DNA from: a virus
Lineage: Duplodnaviria; Caudoviricetes
Strand: one strand, 5' to 3'
DNA length: 56,992 bases
Virus record (IMG/VR): IMGVR_UViG_3300032238_000317
Coordinates: 1-56,992 of that record
Below, one piece after another: positions 46,762-56,352 of this stretch (positions are counted from its first letter, which is position 1; each line of letters starts with the position of its first letter). Under the pieces are notes generated by a model that was given only the letters and a program-made list of their open reading frames with translations, did no database searches and was not told the DNA's origin. Position numbers and translations under genes: made by a program.

Positions 46762-47526
46762 TTATCTGCTGGCAAATCCTACACCGAATGCGGAGTTACC
46801 ATTTCCATAACCAAAGGAGAATCCAGAACCATTTGGTCCAGAACCAAAGGATACTCCGAATCCTTGTCCACCCGCACCACTGCCACCGAAACCATTGTTA
46901 CCAAATCCGAATCCGTTTCCTGCTCCAGATAGGCCAGGTACTACTGCGCCAGGATTACCAAATCCTTGGCCACCAATTCCTGCTGCACTATTTACTGGAG
47001 AGTTATCGTTGACGAAGTGAGAGTAACCAAAGGTAACAGTGAATTCAGAAACTGCATCATTGTTATCATATGCAAGATCAACAGATGATACATCTCTTGG
47101 GAACATATCAAAGAACTGATATGCTCTTGTTGGTTGATAAGACTTATTCAATTGTGTTACAACTGCGGAACCAAAGATTTGTCTTGGGTTTGGATAAGCA
47201 GTTGCATTTCCTGCAAATGTATTGAACTGTTCGTGCCAGAACTCCATTGCTCTACGAAGATTCATATCTTGAGTATTCAAGATGGTGATTGTAAAGTCTT
47301 CGAATGTTCTGTCGCCAGGATACTTTGCTTGTCTTCCGAGGTATGGAACAGTGATTTCGCCCAAGATGGATGAAGGTAACTGTGTGCTACGGCAGAAGAA
47401 TTGAAGTTGCGAGAACGCTGGATTTAATGCTGCTAAGCCAGGACATGCTAGGACGAAGGTGTAGAGGTTTGGTCTTGCACCACCGTCAAAGTTGGTCATG
47501 AATGAGTTAATACTTGAGTCGGCCAT
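46762..47526 (-). CDS. gp19: Tail tube protein (T4 gp19) with Gly/Phe-rich C-terminal extension
   Basis: GGARPNLY, LPSS.LGEI.VPYLGR..K.PGDRTF, FP..VS.VDL.YD, EFTVTF; GATAAATA at 47546-47553. Confidence 0.93.
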   Translation of the reverse strand: MADSSINSFMTNFDGGARPNLYTFVLACPGLAALNPAFSQLQFFCRSTQLPSSILGEITVPYLGRQAKYPGDRTFEDFTITILNTQDMNLRRAMEFWHEQFNTFAGNATAYPNPRQIFGSAVVTQLNKSYQPTRAYQFFDMFPRDVSSVDLAYDNNDAVSEFTVTFGYSHFVNDNSPVNSAAGIGGQGFGNPGAVVPGLSGAGNGFGFGNNGFGGSGAGGQGFGVSFGSGPNGSGFSFGYGNGNSAFGVGFASR

Positions 47527-47577
47527 TTGTTTCTCCTGTTTCCTTTATTTATCCTACTTTTTAGTAAAAACCCTGTT

Positions 47578-50145
47578 TTATCCGCCGTATTCTGCGAAGG
47601 AAACACCTGTTGGTGTTGCAACGAAGTTGAGTTGGATGAAGTTGATGGAACGATTTGGTGCAACAAAGATATCTGCAACGAATCTGTTGGAGTCGATGAC
47701 AGTTGGTGTATTGTTGCTTTCATCACATACAACTGAGTAGGATGTCAGACCTCTCTTACCTTGAACTTCGCGGAGGAAAGGTTCTACCAATTGCTTGAAT
47801 TGTGAACGAGTAAATGCATCGTTGAATTCGAAGAGTTGGAACTTGGCAGCAGTTGCGATAGACTTCTCAAGGACATTGAAGAGTCTACGAACATTGATGC
47901 GATCAAATGCACTTGGTTTCTTTTGTAGAGTCTTATCACCAAAGAGAATGACTCCGAAACCTTGAGATGTGATCACTGGGTTTACATTCTTCTTATAGAG
48001 AATATCGCGTTCATCCTTGTTTGGATTGAATACGAGTTTGACTACATTGAGAATGCGTCCGCGATCATATCCTGCTGGTGACCACCAAGGATCCTTTTGA
48101 TTATCTGTACGAACCGCACATCCTGCGGAATCTGCACAGAGTGGAATGTAACGATAGACATTATTGAATCTATCGTATTGATACTTATAACCAGAATCCA
48201 TTGCGCCATAGGAAGAAGAACCCATTGCATCAACAAAGTCCGTTATACCTTCTAACAAGTCTGCTCTTGCACCACCAATTAGATCTAGACTATGGCAAGC
48301 AGATACGAATGCAATAGAATCTTTTCTATTTTCTGCAATTGCAACCAAGGAATTCAAATCCGAAGGAATTGTTGTATTATATCCAACAAGAATAGAAATA
48401 TCGGATTCATCTGCATCACCAAACGATGTTTGATATTGTTCTAGAATTCTTGCAGATACTGCTGCGGTAGAAGAATTAAATTGATTGTTTCTTCCTGCAA
48501 CATCTCCTGCAACAAGTGTGCAGATGGCAGTGCCAATTGGATCTTCATAACCTAAAAGTGTAGCAAATGCTGCTGGAGTATTTCCTGCAAAATTTGTACC
48601 CCATTCCAAACCACTATTTGGTGTAAATTGAAGATCTGCATCTTTATCACCTACCCAAATATATTGTGATTTGTTATTAATTACACTTGCCCAATAGTTT
48701 GTCGTTCCATCGGACTTCTTTGCATCTCCTGCAACTGAAAGTCCTTCGTATGTTTCCAATACTTGATTCTTTACACCTGTTATAGAACCTGTAAGATCTA
48801 TTATGGCAACATGTATTTCGTCACCACTGAATCCGTATTGCGATGCTTGATCTGTTGTATCTGGATAATTAGCAAATACATCAAATGTATTTTTTGCCCA
48901 CTGTGGATATGGGGTGGTATATAGAGAATTTGTATCTCTTGTTGTGGTAATATAAGTATCGGTGAATCCTTTACCGTATATTACGATACCTACACCGTTT
49001 AGATAAGTGCCAGGATACTTAGAATAGAATGTTGCGGTGGACAAGTCTCCACCCATCGACATCGTTTCAAAGTGTTCTCTGTTTTTAATTTGTACAAATG
49101 AACCTGTAGGTGGAATAACAGATTCCAAACCAATAGTAATTTGACGAACTGTTTCTCTTGCTAGAGTCTGCACTACCTCAAAATATGCAGTTGCGTTGTT
49201 ATAATATGAGACTTTTTCAGTTTCAGTAGTAGGCCTGGATGTTAAATTGTAACCAACACTATTTTTCAACAAAGTTGTGGTTGCAAATGTAACTTTATCA
49301 AATAATGTTTTAAAATTATTAATATTTGATTGGAAATAATATCCATTAGGATCTACATTATATATATCCAATGCATTCGATAATGCATCCAAGGCATCGA
49401 CAAGTCTTTGTTTTAACAAAAAATAATTTATATTAGTGCTATTACTAGCGTATGATGCAACAAGATCTGCTTGACTATAATCTCTAATATTATTTCCATC
49501 GGCATCAATATATCTATCATCAATATGACCATCACAGTCGCAATCAAAATATACAGTTAAAGTGGTGAGTCTGGTTAGACCGTTACTTGTCCATATAGTT
49601 GCACCTGTTCCAGTTGATGTATTTGAAGCATAGACTGATGTATTCGTTCCAGCATACAAAGTATTTACACTACTGGCAAAATAACTGTTATTTATTACAA
49701 CAGATTGAGGTGCAACATATCTTGCATCGGATACGCCAATGGGAGATCCGTTTTTGTAGCATCCGTATAGTGGTCCTCTATAAACATAGACATCCCCACC
49801 ATCATTATGAGAATCGGGATATGATTTAATAGAAACAGAATTTGCATCATTACCATTTGTAGCATCAAAGGTCGTAGCATCACTTACGCTTCTTACGACT
49901 TGTAGATTACCACCATATGTCAAGAAGTTTGATGCCATCATCCACGATGTTGCATAATATGGATCGTTTAATGGTTTGAAGAAAATGCTTTCTAGTTGTT
50001 TTTCGGTGTTGACGAGAACTCTTTGATCTGCTGGTCCCCATTGAAATAAACCAACATACCCTGCTGGTGTGGTGGAAACTGCTGGAACTATTGCAGTAAG
50101 ATCGAATTCTCTAACTTGTACGCCTGGGCTGACTTGAAATGCCAT
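47578..50145 (-). CDS. gp18: Tail sheath protein (T4 gp18) with large insertion
   Basis: FQVSPGVQVREFDLT, FQWGP, WWSPAG, LFGDKT, SAFDRINVRRLF, FEFNDAFTR, SINFIQLNFVA. Confidence 0.96.
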   Translation of the reverse strand: MAFQVSPGVQVREFDLTAIVPAVSTTPAGYVGLFQWGPADQRVLVNTEKQLESIFFKPLNDPYYATSWMMASNFLTYGGNLQVVRSVSDATTFDATNGNDANSVSIKSYPDSHNDGGDVYVYRGPLYGCYKNGSPIGVSDARYVAPQSVVINNSYFASSVNTLYAGTNTSVYASNTSTGTGATIWTSNGLTRLTTLTVYFDCDCDGHIDDRYIDADGNNIRDYSQADLVASYASNSTNINYFLLKQRLVDALDALSNALDIYNVDPNGYYFQSNINNFKTLFDKVTFATTTLLKNSVGYNLTSRPTTETEKVSYYNNATAYFEVVQTLARETVRQITIGLESVIPPTGSFVQIKNREHFETMSMGGDLSTATFYSKYPGTYLNGVGIVIYGKGFTDTYITTTRDTNSLYTTPYPQWAKNTFDVFANYPDTTDQASQYGFSGDEIHVAIIDLTGSITGVKNQVLETYEGLSVAGDAKKSDGTTNYWASVINNKSQYIWVGDKDADLQFTPNSGLEWGTNFAGNTPAAFATLLGYEDPIGTAICTLVAGDVAGRNNQFNSSTAAVSARILEQYQTSFGDADESDISILVGYNTTIPSDLNSLVAIAENRKDSIAFVSACHSLDLIGGARADLLEGITDFVDAMGSSSYGAMDSGYKYQYDRFNNVYRYIPLCADSAGCAVRTDNQKDPWWSPAGYDRGRILNVVKLVFNPNKDERDILYKKNVNPVITSQGFGVILFGDKTLQKKPSAFDRINVRRLFNVLEKSIATAAKFQLFEFNDAFTRSQFKQLVEPFLREVQGKRGLTSYSVVCDESNNTPTVIDSNRFVADIFVAPNRSINFIQLNFVATPTGVSFAEYGG

Positions 50146-50229
50146 TTCGTTGTCTCCTTAAGATCCAAATATTTTACTTTAATATTTTATAGTTGATACT
50201 AAAGATATGTATAAAAACACCCGTTTACA

Positions 50230-51858
50230 TTAGGTGTATGGATCCGCCAATGTCCAGCCATTTCCCTGTTCGTCTATCTCCAAATCTGGATCTATACCCG
50301 TTTCTATAAAACCAAAGGGAGTAAGTTCATCTTCTAGTTGTTTTAATTTTTCATCAAACACTTGCTTACGAATATCCATATTAGCAAGATCTTTGAAGTA
50401 GTTCTGTGTACTCAACCAGCAGAACAGAACCAAGCACATTACAAGGTCATCGTTGTGTCCAGTATCTGCTTCATATGAATGGTTTTTGGATGTAAACGAT
50501 ACAAGTTCTTGCACGATGTCGTAATCTGTAAAAATTAATTTATCATCTTCTACGAATGATTTTAGCAACGAACATCCCAAACGCTTGACTGCTTTGGTTG
50601 TACGAATACCCAACTGACTCTCAGATGCACCGAATCCACCATCAAGAGTTTGACCTTTTCTGCCACGAACAGAAGTCACCAAAACATTATCATATTCCAA
50701 TTCGTTATACAGTAAGTCCGCCACTTGTCCGCCAATATCGTTGATTTCTACCAATATAAATGCATCGTTGAACTTTCTAGCAACTGGGTATATTGCATTA
50801 GGATATACCATCGGTGACATTTCATTATTTCTAAATATCGCAACTACCTTGTATGGTACTCTGGTTATGTCTATGACTGTAAATGCATGGTAGTCCAGAT
50901 TGTTTCCTCTGGAGGTATCTACCGTCATAACATAAGTGTGTCCAATCTTTGGTTCTTCATATACCTTCAATCCATTTTCATCTTTATAGATTGGAGATTT
51001 AAATGTCAAAGTCTTTAACTTAGAAGCAGATATCAGGGTATTGGAACTACCAATAAAATCACATTCGAATTCCTGACGGAATTGCTCTTCGGAAGTATTG
51101 CGAATCTGCTGTTCTTTCCATTTAGCATCACGACCTGGAATGTCCGACCAATGCACCTCTACAGGTACGAACTCGTTTCTCTTCTCCTCTGCTTCCACCC
51201 AAAGTTTGTAAAACATATTCAATCCCTTGGGAGTCGATACAATTACTACTTTGGTGGTAGTACCAGAAGAAATAGTAGGATATGCAGAACTAAAGAAGTC
51301 TTCTGCTATGCCTGGGGGGACGAACGCAAACTCGTCCAGAAGAATCAGATTGTAAGAACCACCACGAATAGCAGAAGATGAGGTTGCTGATGCTACTACT
51401 TTGGAACCATTTTCTAAAATAATAGAACCCTTGTTCCACTCACCTACACCTTGCTGAATCCATTTGGGTAGGTATTCGTAAGCAGTCTTGATCTTTGTAA
51501 GCAGATCACGGGCAACCGCTTGTTTGTTTGCCAAAATAGCAACATTCACGCTAGGATTGAAAAGAATATAATGTAAAATATATGATACTACGGTCGTGGA
51601 CTTACCAGACTGACGAGGTAGTTTTGCTATGGTAAAACGATTATCATGTATAGTCTGTACTATATTTTTCTGAAAATCGTACATCTTGAAGGGAACAAGT
51701 CCCTTGTCTACATTTACGATTCTAATATATTTTTCAATAAAGTAATTAGGATCCTGAGAGCATTTGATATACTCTTCTACCTGCTCTTGGGTAAAATTAA
51801 TTGGTACATTAGCAGGTTTTAGGTTTTGGTTACCAAGATATGATGTTTTTTCACTCAT
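50230..51858 (-). CDS. gp17: Terminase large subunit (T4 gp17)
   Basis: YLGNQNLK, PRQSGKST, LDEFAF, IVSTPKG, FRQEFEC, VDTSRG, DDLVM. Confidence 0.97.
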   Translation of the reverse strand: MSEKTSYLGNQNLKPANVPINFTQEQVEEYIKCSQDPNYFIEKYIRIVNVDKGLVPFKMYDFQKNIVQTIHDNRFTIAKLPRQSGKSTTVVSYILHYILFNPSVNVAILANKQAVARDLLTKIKTAYEYLPKWIQQGVGEWNKGSIILENGSKVVASATSSSAIRGGSYNLILLDEFAFVPPGIAEDFFSSAYPTISSGTTTKVVIVSTPKGLNMFYKLWVEAEEKRNEFVPVEVHWSDIPGRDAKWKEQQIRNTSEEQFRQEFECDFIGSSNTLISASKLKTLTFKSPIYKDENGLKVYEEPKIGHTYVMTVDTSRGNNLDYHAFTVIDITRVPYKVVAIFRNNEMSPMVYPNAIYPVARKFNDAFILVEINDIGGQVADLLYNELEYDNVLVTSVRGRKGQTLDGGFGASESQLGIRTTKAVKRLGCSLLKSFVEDDKLIFTDYDIVQELVSFTSKNHSYEADTGHNDDLVMCLVLFCWLSTQNYFKDLANMDIRKQVFDEKLKQLEDELTPFGFIETGIDPDLEIDEQGNGWTLADPYT

Positions 51859-52301
51859 TGATCAATATGTCTTATTTGTTCCAAACGACCTTTAATCAAT
51901 GCCTGTAGATCACTGGTGCTTCCTACAAAGATCGAATTATTGGTAATTTGACCCGCGCTTTGCTTGCTTTCGGGTTTATCATTTTTTATATCTTGCATTT
52001 GTTTATGCATAGTAAGCAAATCTTTGTTGACATCGGATACACTCTTAATCAGAGTAGCAACAACTTCATATGCTCTTGGTTGTTGTGTTTCCGATGCGAC
52101 CAAAAGAATACCATCAATCGCTTCTGCTCCGCGCTTGATAATATCTTTTAAATTTGTACGAATCTCTTCGTAATCTGCATCCAGATGCTTGTCTATATTT
52201 GGTTCGACTCGCTGAATTGCTTTTACTTCTGTTGGTTCTACAACTTCAACTTTTTGAAGATTGAACTCATCTTGTAAATTATCAAAATTTTTTGGTTCCA
52301 T
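51855..52301 (-). CDS. gp16: Terminase small subunit (T4 gp16)
   Basis: DYEEIR.NL, PRAYEV, NNSIFVGSTSDLQ. Confidence 0.92.
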   Translation of the reverse strand: MEPKNFDNLQDEFNLQKVEVVEPTEVKAIQRVEPNIDKHLDADYEEIRTNLKDIIKRGAEAIDGILLVASETQQPRAYEVVATLIKSVSDVNKDLLTMHKQMQDIKNDKPESKQSAGQITNNSIFVGSTSDLQALIKGRLEQIRHIDQ

Positions 52302-52303
52302 AA

Positions 52304-54964
52304 TTAATAAGTTTTTATTATATTGTTATCTGACACGGGATATGATTGATTTGGATAAAAAATTAACAAATCTGGTCTAATAACATCATTATTTGTATTT
52401 ATATCTAAAGATTCTGGTATTAAATCAAAATAAGTTACATGATAAACGGAGGTGATCGTTAAATCTTGACAATTTGTTGATGTTGGATCTATATTTGCTC
52501 CACTTGATAAACTTCCCCATGTTCCAAGCAAAATACCTAAATCTTCTGGACCTACGATATTATCTCCTGATAAATCATAATCAGAATCATGCGAACCCCA
52601 ATTTGCTAATAATACAGCAAGATCCGCACCGTCAATTTTTCCATCTCCGTTATAATCTCCTCTTGACGAAGAACCACCCGCACTACTACAATTTGGATCT
52701 GGATATGTATATTCTATATCATAGGTATAGTTTAATGCTTTTGTTTTAATATATTGTCTTGTATTTTCTTTTAAAGAATATGATGATATATTTAAAGTAT
52801 TTTCTTTAAATTCACTATAAATTGTAGTTGTTAGATATTTTGTAGCATCATACGGATCTTGCATTTTAATTATTACTGCATCACCTTGATCAATATTATT
52901 AAAATTTAAATTAAATTCATAATATTGATTTGCTAAAAATTCTAAAGAAATTATACTAGAATTAGTCACATACTGAATAGTATCATATAATCTATTTTTT
53001 TCTTGTTGTAGATAAAAATCGTGCAATATGGTAAATGATTTAGATTGATCAAGAACATTCATAGGATAATAAATTAAAACTTCATAATTTGTATAGTCTA
53101 TTTGACTTTCAACCAATGCATCCAATGTTGCACTATATGTTATAGTATAATCTAAAAATGGTTCTTGTGATCCGTCTATTTTTTTTCTTATAAATTCAAA
53201 ATTCAATAGCGTTGGTTTATTTTCATATTTTTGATTACTGAAAAACTTTTTTAGAACAGAATTACTTGATAATATTGCAGAACCAGTATCAATTTGCGAT
53301 TGATTTAAAGGTATATTTTCTCTTAAATAATCATTTAATTTTAATTGATATACTAATTTTCCAGAATTACTTTTGACTACAACACCGTCATTTGATACAA
53401 CCTTTAATGCTCTTCCTATGTTTGTGAATTTATTTCGTTTATTGATATCTTGTGCTGTATAATATCCTTTAAAAGTAGAGAAAGGATAACTATACCAAAC
53501 ATCTCCTGTTAAAAATAAATTTTTAAATTGATACAATTCCGACACAGATAAATCTTCAAATATTTTATTAAATTTTATAGTATTTGGAAGATATACGGTG
53601 TCAATGACAGTATTTAAATCAACATCAAATGATATTTGTTGATGTAAAATTGAAGGAAAATTTGAATTTATAGGAGAATATGGTTCTGAAAAATTTTTAT
53701 AATTTAAAGACCTTTGTTCAATTAAATTTTTATAGTATAAATGCAAATTATCATTTAAATTAATAATATTTGGTTTGTAAAAATCTGGTAAATTTAAAAC
53801 AGTTAAAGCAAGTTCTTCCAAATAATTAAAAAATTTATTTACAAGATCAGTTGCAGTTGGCGATGTTGCTTTATTTATATTTACAATTGGATATATTTCT
53901 GGAAAAGTTATTGTAGTTCCACCTAAAAATACATCAATATTATTTGCTTCTCGTATAAAGTGACAAGAAGAAGAATCTCCAACTACTGGTCCGCTCGGCG
54001 CTCCATAAAATTCAATTAATTTTTTTATTTTTAAATCATCAGAATCTGTTTCCAATATAATATTATTGGTATTTAAATTATTTAAAATTATAGAATTAAA
54101 ATTATCTTTAGTTAAATAATACATGCTCGATTTTAACGATACTGTATTAATTGGAGTTATAGAAGTACCTCTAATATAATTGTTTTGATCAATAGTATGA
54201 ACAGTCAGATATTTTTGAATATCAGATACATCAATATCTGCAAAAACACTATCAGAAAATATATAAGGATAATTTGCAGTAGAAGGAAATGGCGTACTTG
54301 TAATCATAAACATATCATCAGTTACAAAACACCCAACCACTTCTTCCGCAGATGCCATCTGAAATCTTACTCTTAGCGACTCCGTTATATCTTCTGCTGT
54401 AAAAATTCCTTGATCTTTTCTTACCAACCATATTTTATTAATATCACTACCATATCCTCTTCTTGTTAATTCAGCATGAGTTCCTATTACTATTACTGCT
54501 TCTGCCACTCTTGCGGTCTGAGATCCGTCATTTAAAAGCATTTGACCACAATAATTAAATAATATACTTATTCCGCCATTATTCTCATCTGTGCCTGGAA
54601 AATTCAAAAAGTGTTTGTTTGTTCTTGTAATACTTCTGCTCAGTATGGTTATTCTTGAACCGTTGTTGTCGTTTCCAAGATAACCATTAAAATGCACTTC
54701 ATTGTTTGATTTGTAATTTAAAAAACCAACCCAATTAGGTTTACTTGATGCCAAAATACTTGCAGGATTCCAACCAGTTATTGCTCTATTTGATGAGTTG
54801 GTCGAAGAATTATCTGGAGAAACACCCCGACTGTTTCCATATCCATACAAATAAAGTCCACTTAATTCTTTATAAAATCCTGCTATGAAATTTGGTTCTC
54901 TTCCAAGAACCTGTGTGTCGGTTGGAGATAGTTGTATGGAAATACTATTATTGGGAAAATGCAT
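52304..54964 (-). CDS. 886-aa AT-rich protein: candidate trypsin-like protease region plus C-terminal dockerin-like double Ca-binding motif
   Basis: GDYNGDGKIDGADLAVLLANWG...DLSGDNIVGPEDLGILLGTWG at about 52510-52665; NKHF / DDMFMI / GDSSS in the N-terminal half. Confidence 0.7.
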   Translation of the reverse strand: MHFPNNSISIQLSPTDTQVLGREPNFIAGFYKELSGLYLYGYGNSRGVSPDNSSTNSSNRAITGWNPASILASSKPNWVGFLNYKSNNEVHFNGYLGNDNNGSRITILSRSITRTNKHFLNFPGTDENNGGISILFNYCGQMLLNDGSQTARVAEAVIVIGTHAELTRRGYGSDINKIWLVRKDQGIFTAEDITESLRVRFQMASAEEVVGCFVTDDMFMITSTPFPSTANYPYIFSDSVFADIDVSDIQKYLTVHTIDQNNYIRGTSITPINTVSLKSSMYYLTKDNFNSIILNNLNTNNIILETDSDDLKIKKLIEFYGAPSGPVVGDSSSCHFIREANNIDVFLGGTTITFPEIYPIVNINKATSPTATDLVNKFFNYLEELALTVLNLPDFYKPNIINLNDNLHLYYKNLIEQRSLNYKNFSEPYSPINSNFPSILHQQISFDVDLNTVIDTVYLPNTIKFNKIFEDLSVSELYQFKNLFLTGDVWYSYPFSTFKGYYTAQDINKRNKFTNIGRALKVVSNDGVVVKSNSGKLVYQLKLNDYLRENIPLNQSQIDTGSAILSSNSVLKKFFSNQKYENKPTLLNFEFIRKKIDGSQEPFLDYTITYSATLDALVESQIDYTNYEVLIYYPMNVLDQSKSFTILHDFYLQQEKNRLYDTIQYVTNSSIISLEFLANQYYEFNLNFNNIDQGDAVIIKMQDPYDATKYLTTTIYSEFKENTLNISSYSLKENTRQYIKTKALNYTYDIEYTYPDPNCSSAGGSSSRGDYNGDGKIDGADLAVLLANWGSHDSDYDLSGDNIVGPEDLGILLGTWGSLSSGANIDPTSTNCQDLTITSVYHVTYFDLIPESLDINTNNDVIRPDLLIFYPNQSYPVSDNNIIKTY

Positions 54965-54969
54965 ATATC

Positions 54970-55647
54970 TTATACCTGTTCTTCTGGATTATCTATAATA
55001 TAATTTGCATTTACAGAACGAATGATACCAGTATTGTTACTTGGACCAAATAGATTAATTCTTGCAGTAAATTCAAAATTCCACATTATCATGCGAGAAC
55101 TTCCTTCCATAGATCCTTCATAATCATTTTGAATTTCTACTGAATTTAAAACAAATGGAATATTCATTTTTTCTCCAGATTCACCAGATACTTCTTGTTT
55201 TATTGCAACCGTAAAGTCTGGAGTAAAATATGGAAGAATTTGTTCCGCGATCTGCAATCCATCATCCATGTAACGAACATATGCAGTAAGATTAAAATTT
55301 ACATTATAAGGTACTTCAATATAATTTAACTTATATGTTTCAAGTTGAGATTCTATTATTCTTTTGTTGACTGATGGTTTCTTACGAGATGCATCATATG
55401 ATATTTCTCCCATCTCAAATCCCATTCTCGGAAGAATAGTTTGTAGTACTACATTATCTTTATTTTCTTTATTTAAAGTATCTTTATATCTTTGAATAAA
55501 TTTTTCTTTACCACTATACACAATAGGTACTTTAATTTTTATATTATTTCCGTCTTGATTACGAACAACATATAAACCATCAAATAATGATCCAAATGCG
55601 ATTACTGTCTTGCGTAGTGTTGAATGATAGAATGGATCTCCGAACAT
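54970..55647 (-). CDS. gp15: Tail sheath stabiliser / completion protein (T4 gp15)
   Basis: FYHSTLRK.VIAFGSLF, LPRMGFE, VPYN, QIAEQILPYF.P. Confidence 0.95.
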   Translation of the reverse strand: MFGDPFYHSTLRKTVIAFGSLFDGLYVVRNQDGNNIKIKVPIVYSGKEKFIQRYKDTLNKENKDNVVLQTILPRMGFEMGEISYDASRKKPSVNKRIIESQLETYKLNYIEVPYNVNFNLTAYVRYMDDGLQIAEQILPYFTPDFTVAIKQEVSGESGEKMNIPFVLNSVEIQNDYEGSMEGSSRMIMWNFEFTARINLFGPSNNTGIIRSVNANYIIDNPEEQV

Positions 55648-56351
55648 CAGTAATTACCTCCAGAGAATGGATCGTTCTCTGTAAAATCATATACACTTCG
55701 TGATTCTGTATTTATTTCACTATTGTTTGCAGCGGTTGCGTGATCTTTATCCTTTGCCATATTGAATTCATCAATAATACCATCATTATTGTTATCAATT
55801 TTATTGACTTGATTATTAACTGAAGTGTTAATGTCATCGTTGTTGACATTGATTTGTTCATAGGAGTACTTGACTTTCTCGCAAGTTAACATGAAGGAAT
55901 AAACCTTACCAGATTGATAGAAGTCGTAATCCTGATCTGCAAATTTAATTTCGTAGAGTCCAGAATCTAAAGGAAAATAAATCAAATCTCCTTCAGTTGG
56001 TCTTTCGATCTGTCTATCTGGGAAGTATTTTCTGAATGCAATTGTTTCGTGTATAAATCTGTCTTTAGAAACTTGTAGACGAAGAATATCTCTGTTTTCC
56101 AAACCCAGTTTGGTTATGGTTTCTTTGTCTCCATCATAACCAGTTGAAGTCTGTAGATGCATCTCTATTTGAAATGCATAACGAAACTTTGCACTTGTGT
56201 CTTCACCAAACAAAGAATCCATATTTTTAAATTCTCTTGGCATGTAAAAACAATTGATACCATGTATCTTGATTGTTTCCTTGACAAGATCATTAATCAG
56301 ATCTTGTGTTGGTCTATAACCGTGGTTGTTAAAATATGGATTTACTCCCAT
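55647..56351 (-). CDS. gp14: Neck protein (T4 gp14)
   Basis: NPYF, YMPRE, FGED, PTEGDLIYFP, FYQ.GK, DFTENDPF. Confidence 0.93.
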   Translation of the reverse strand: MGVNPYFNNHGYRPTQDLINDLVKETIKIHGINCFYMPREFKNMDSLFGEDTSAKFRYAFQIEMHLQTSTGYDGDKETITKLGLENRDILRLQVSKDRFIHETIAFRKYFPDRQIERPTEGDLIYFPLDSGLYEIKFADQDYDFYQSGKVYSFMLTCEKVKYSYEQINVNNDDINTSVNNQVNKIDNNNDGIIDEFNMAKDKDHATAANNSEINTESRSVYDFTENDPFSGGNY

Positions 56352-56352
56352 T

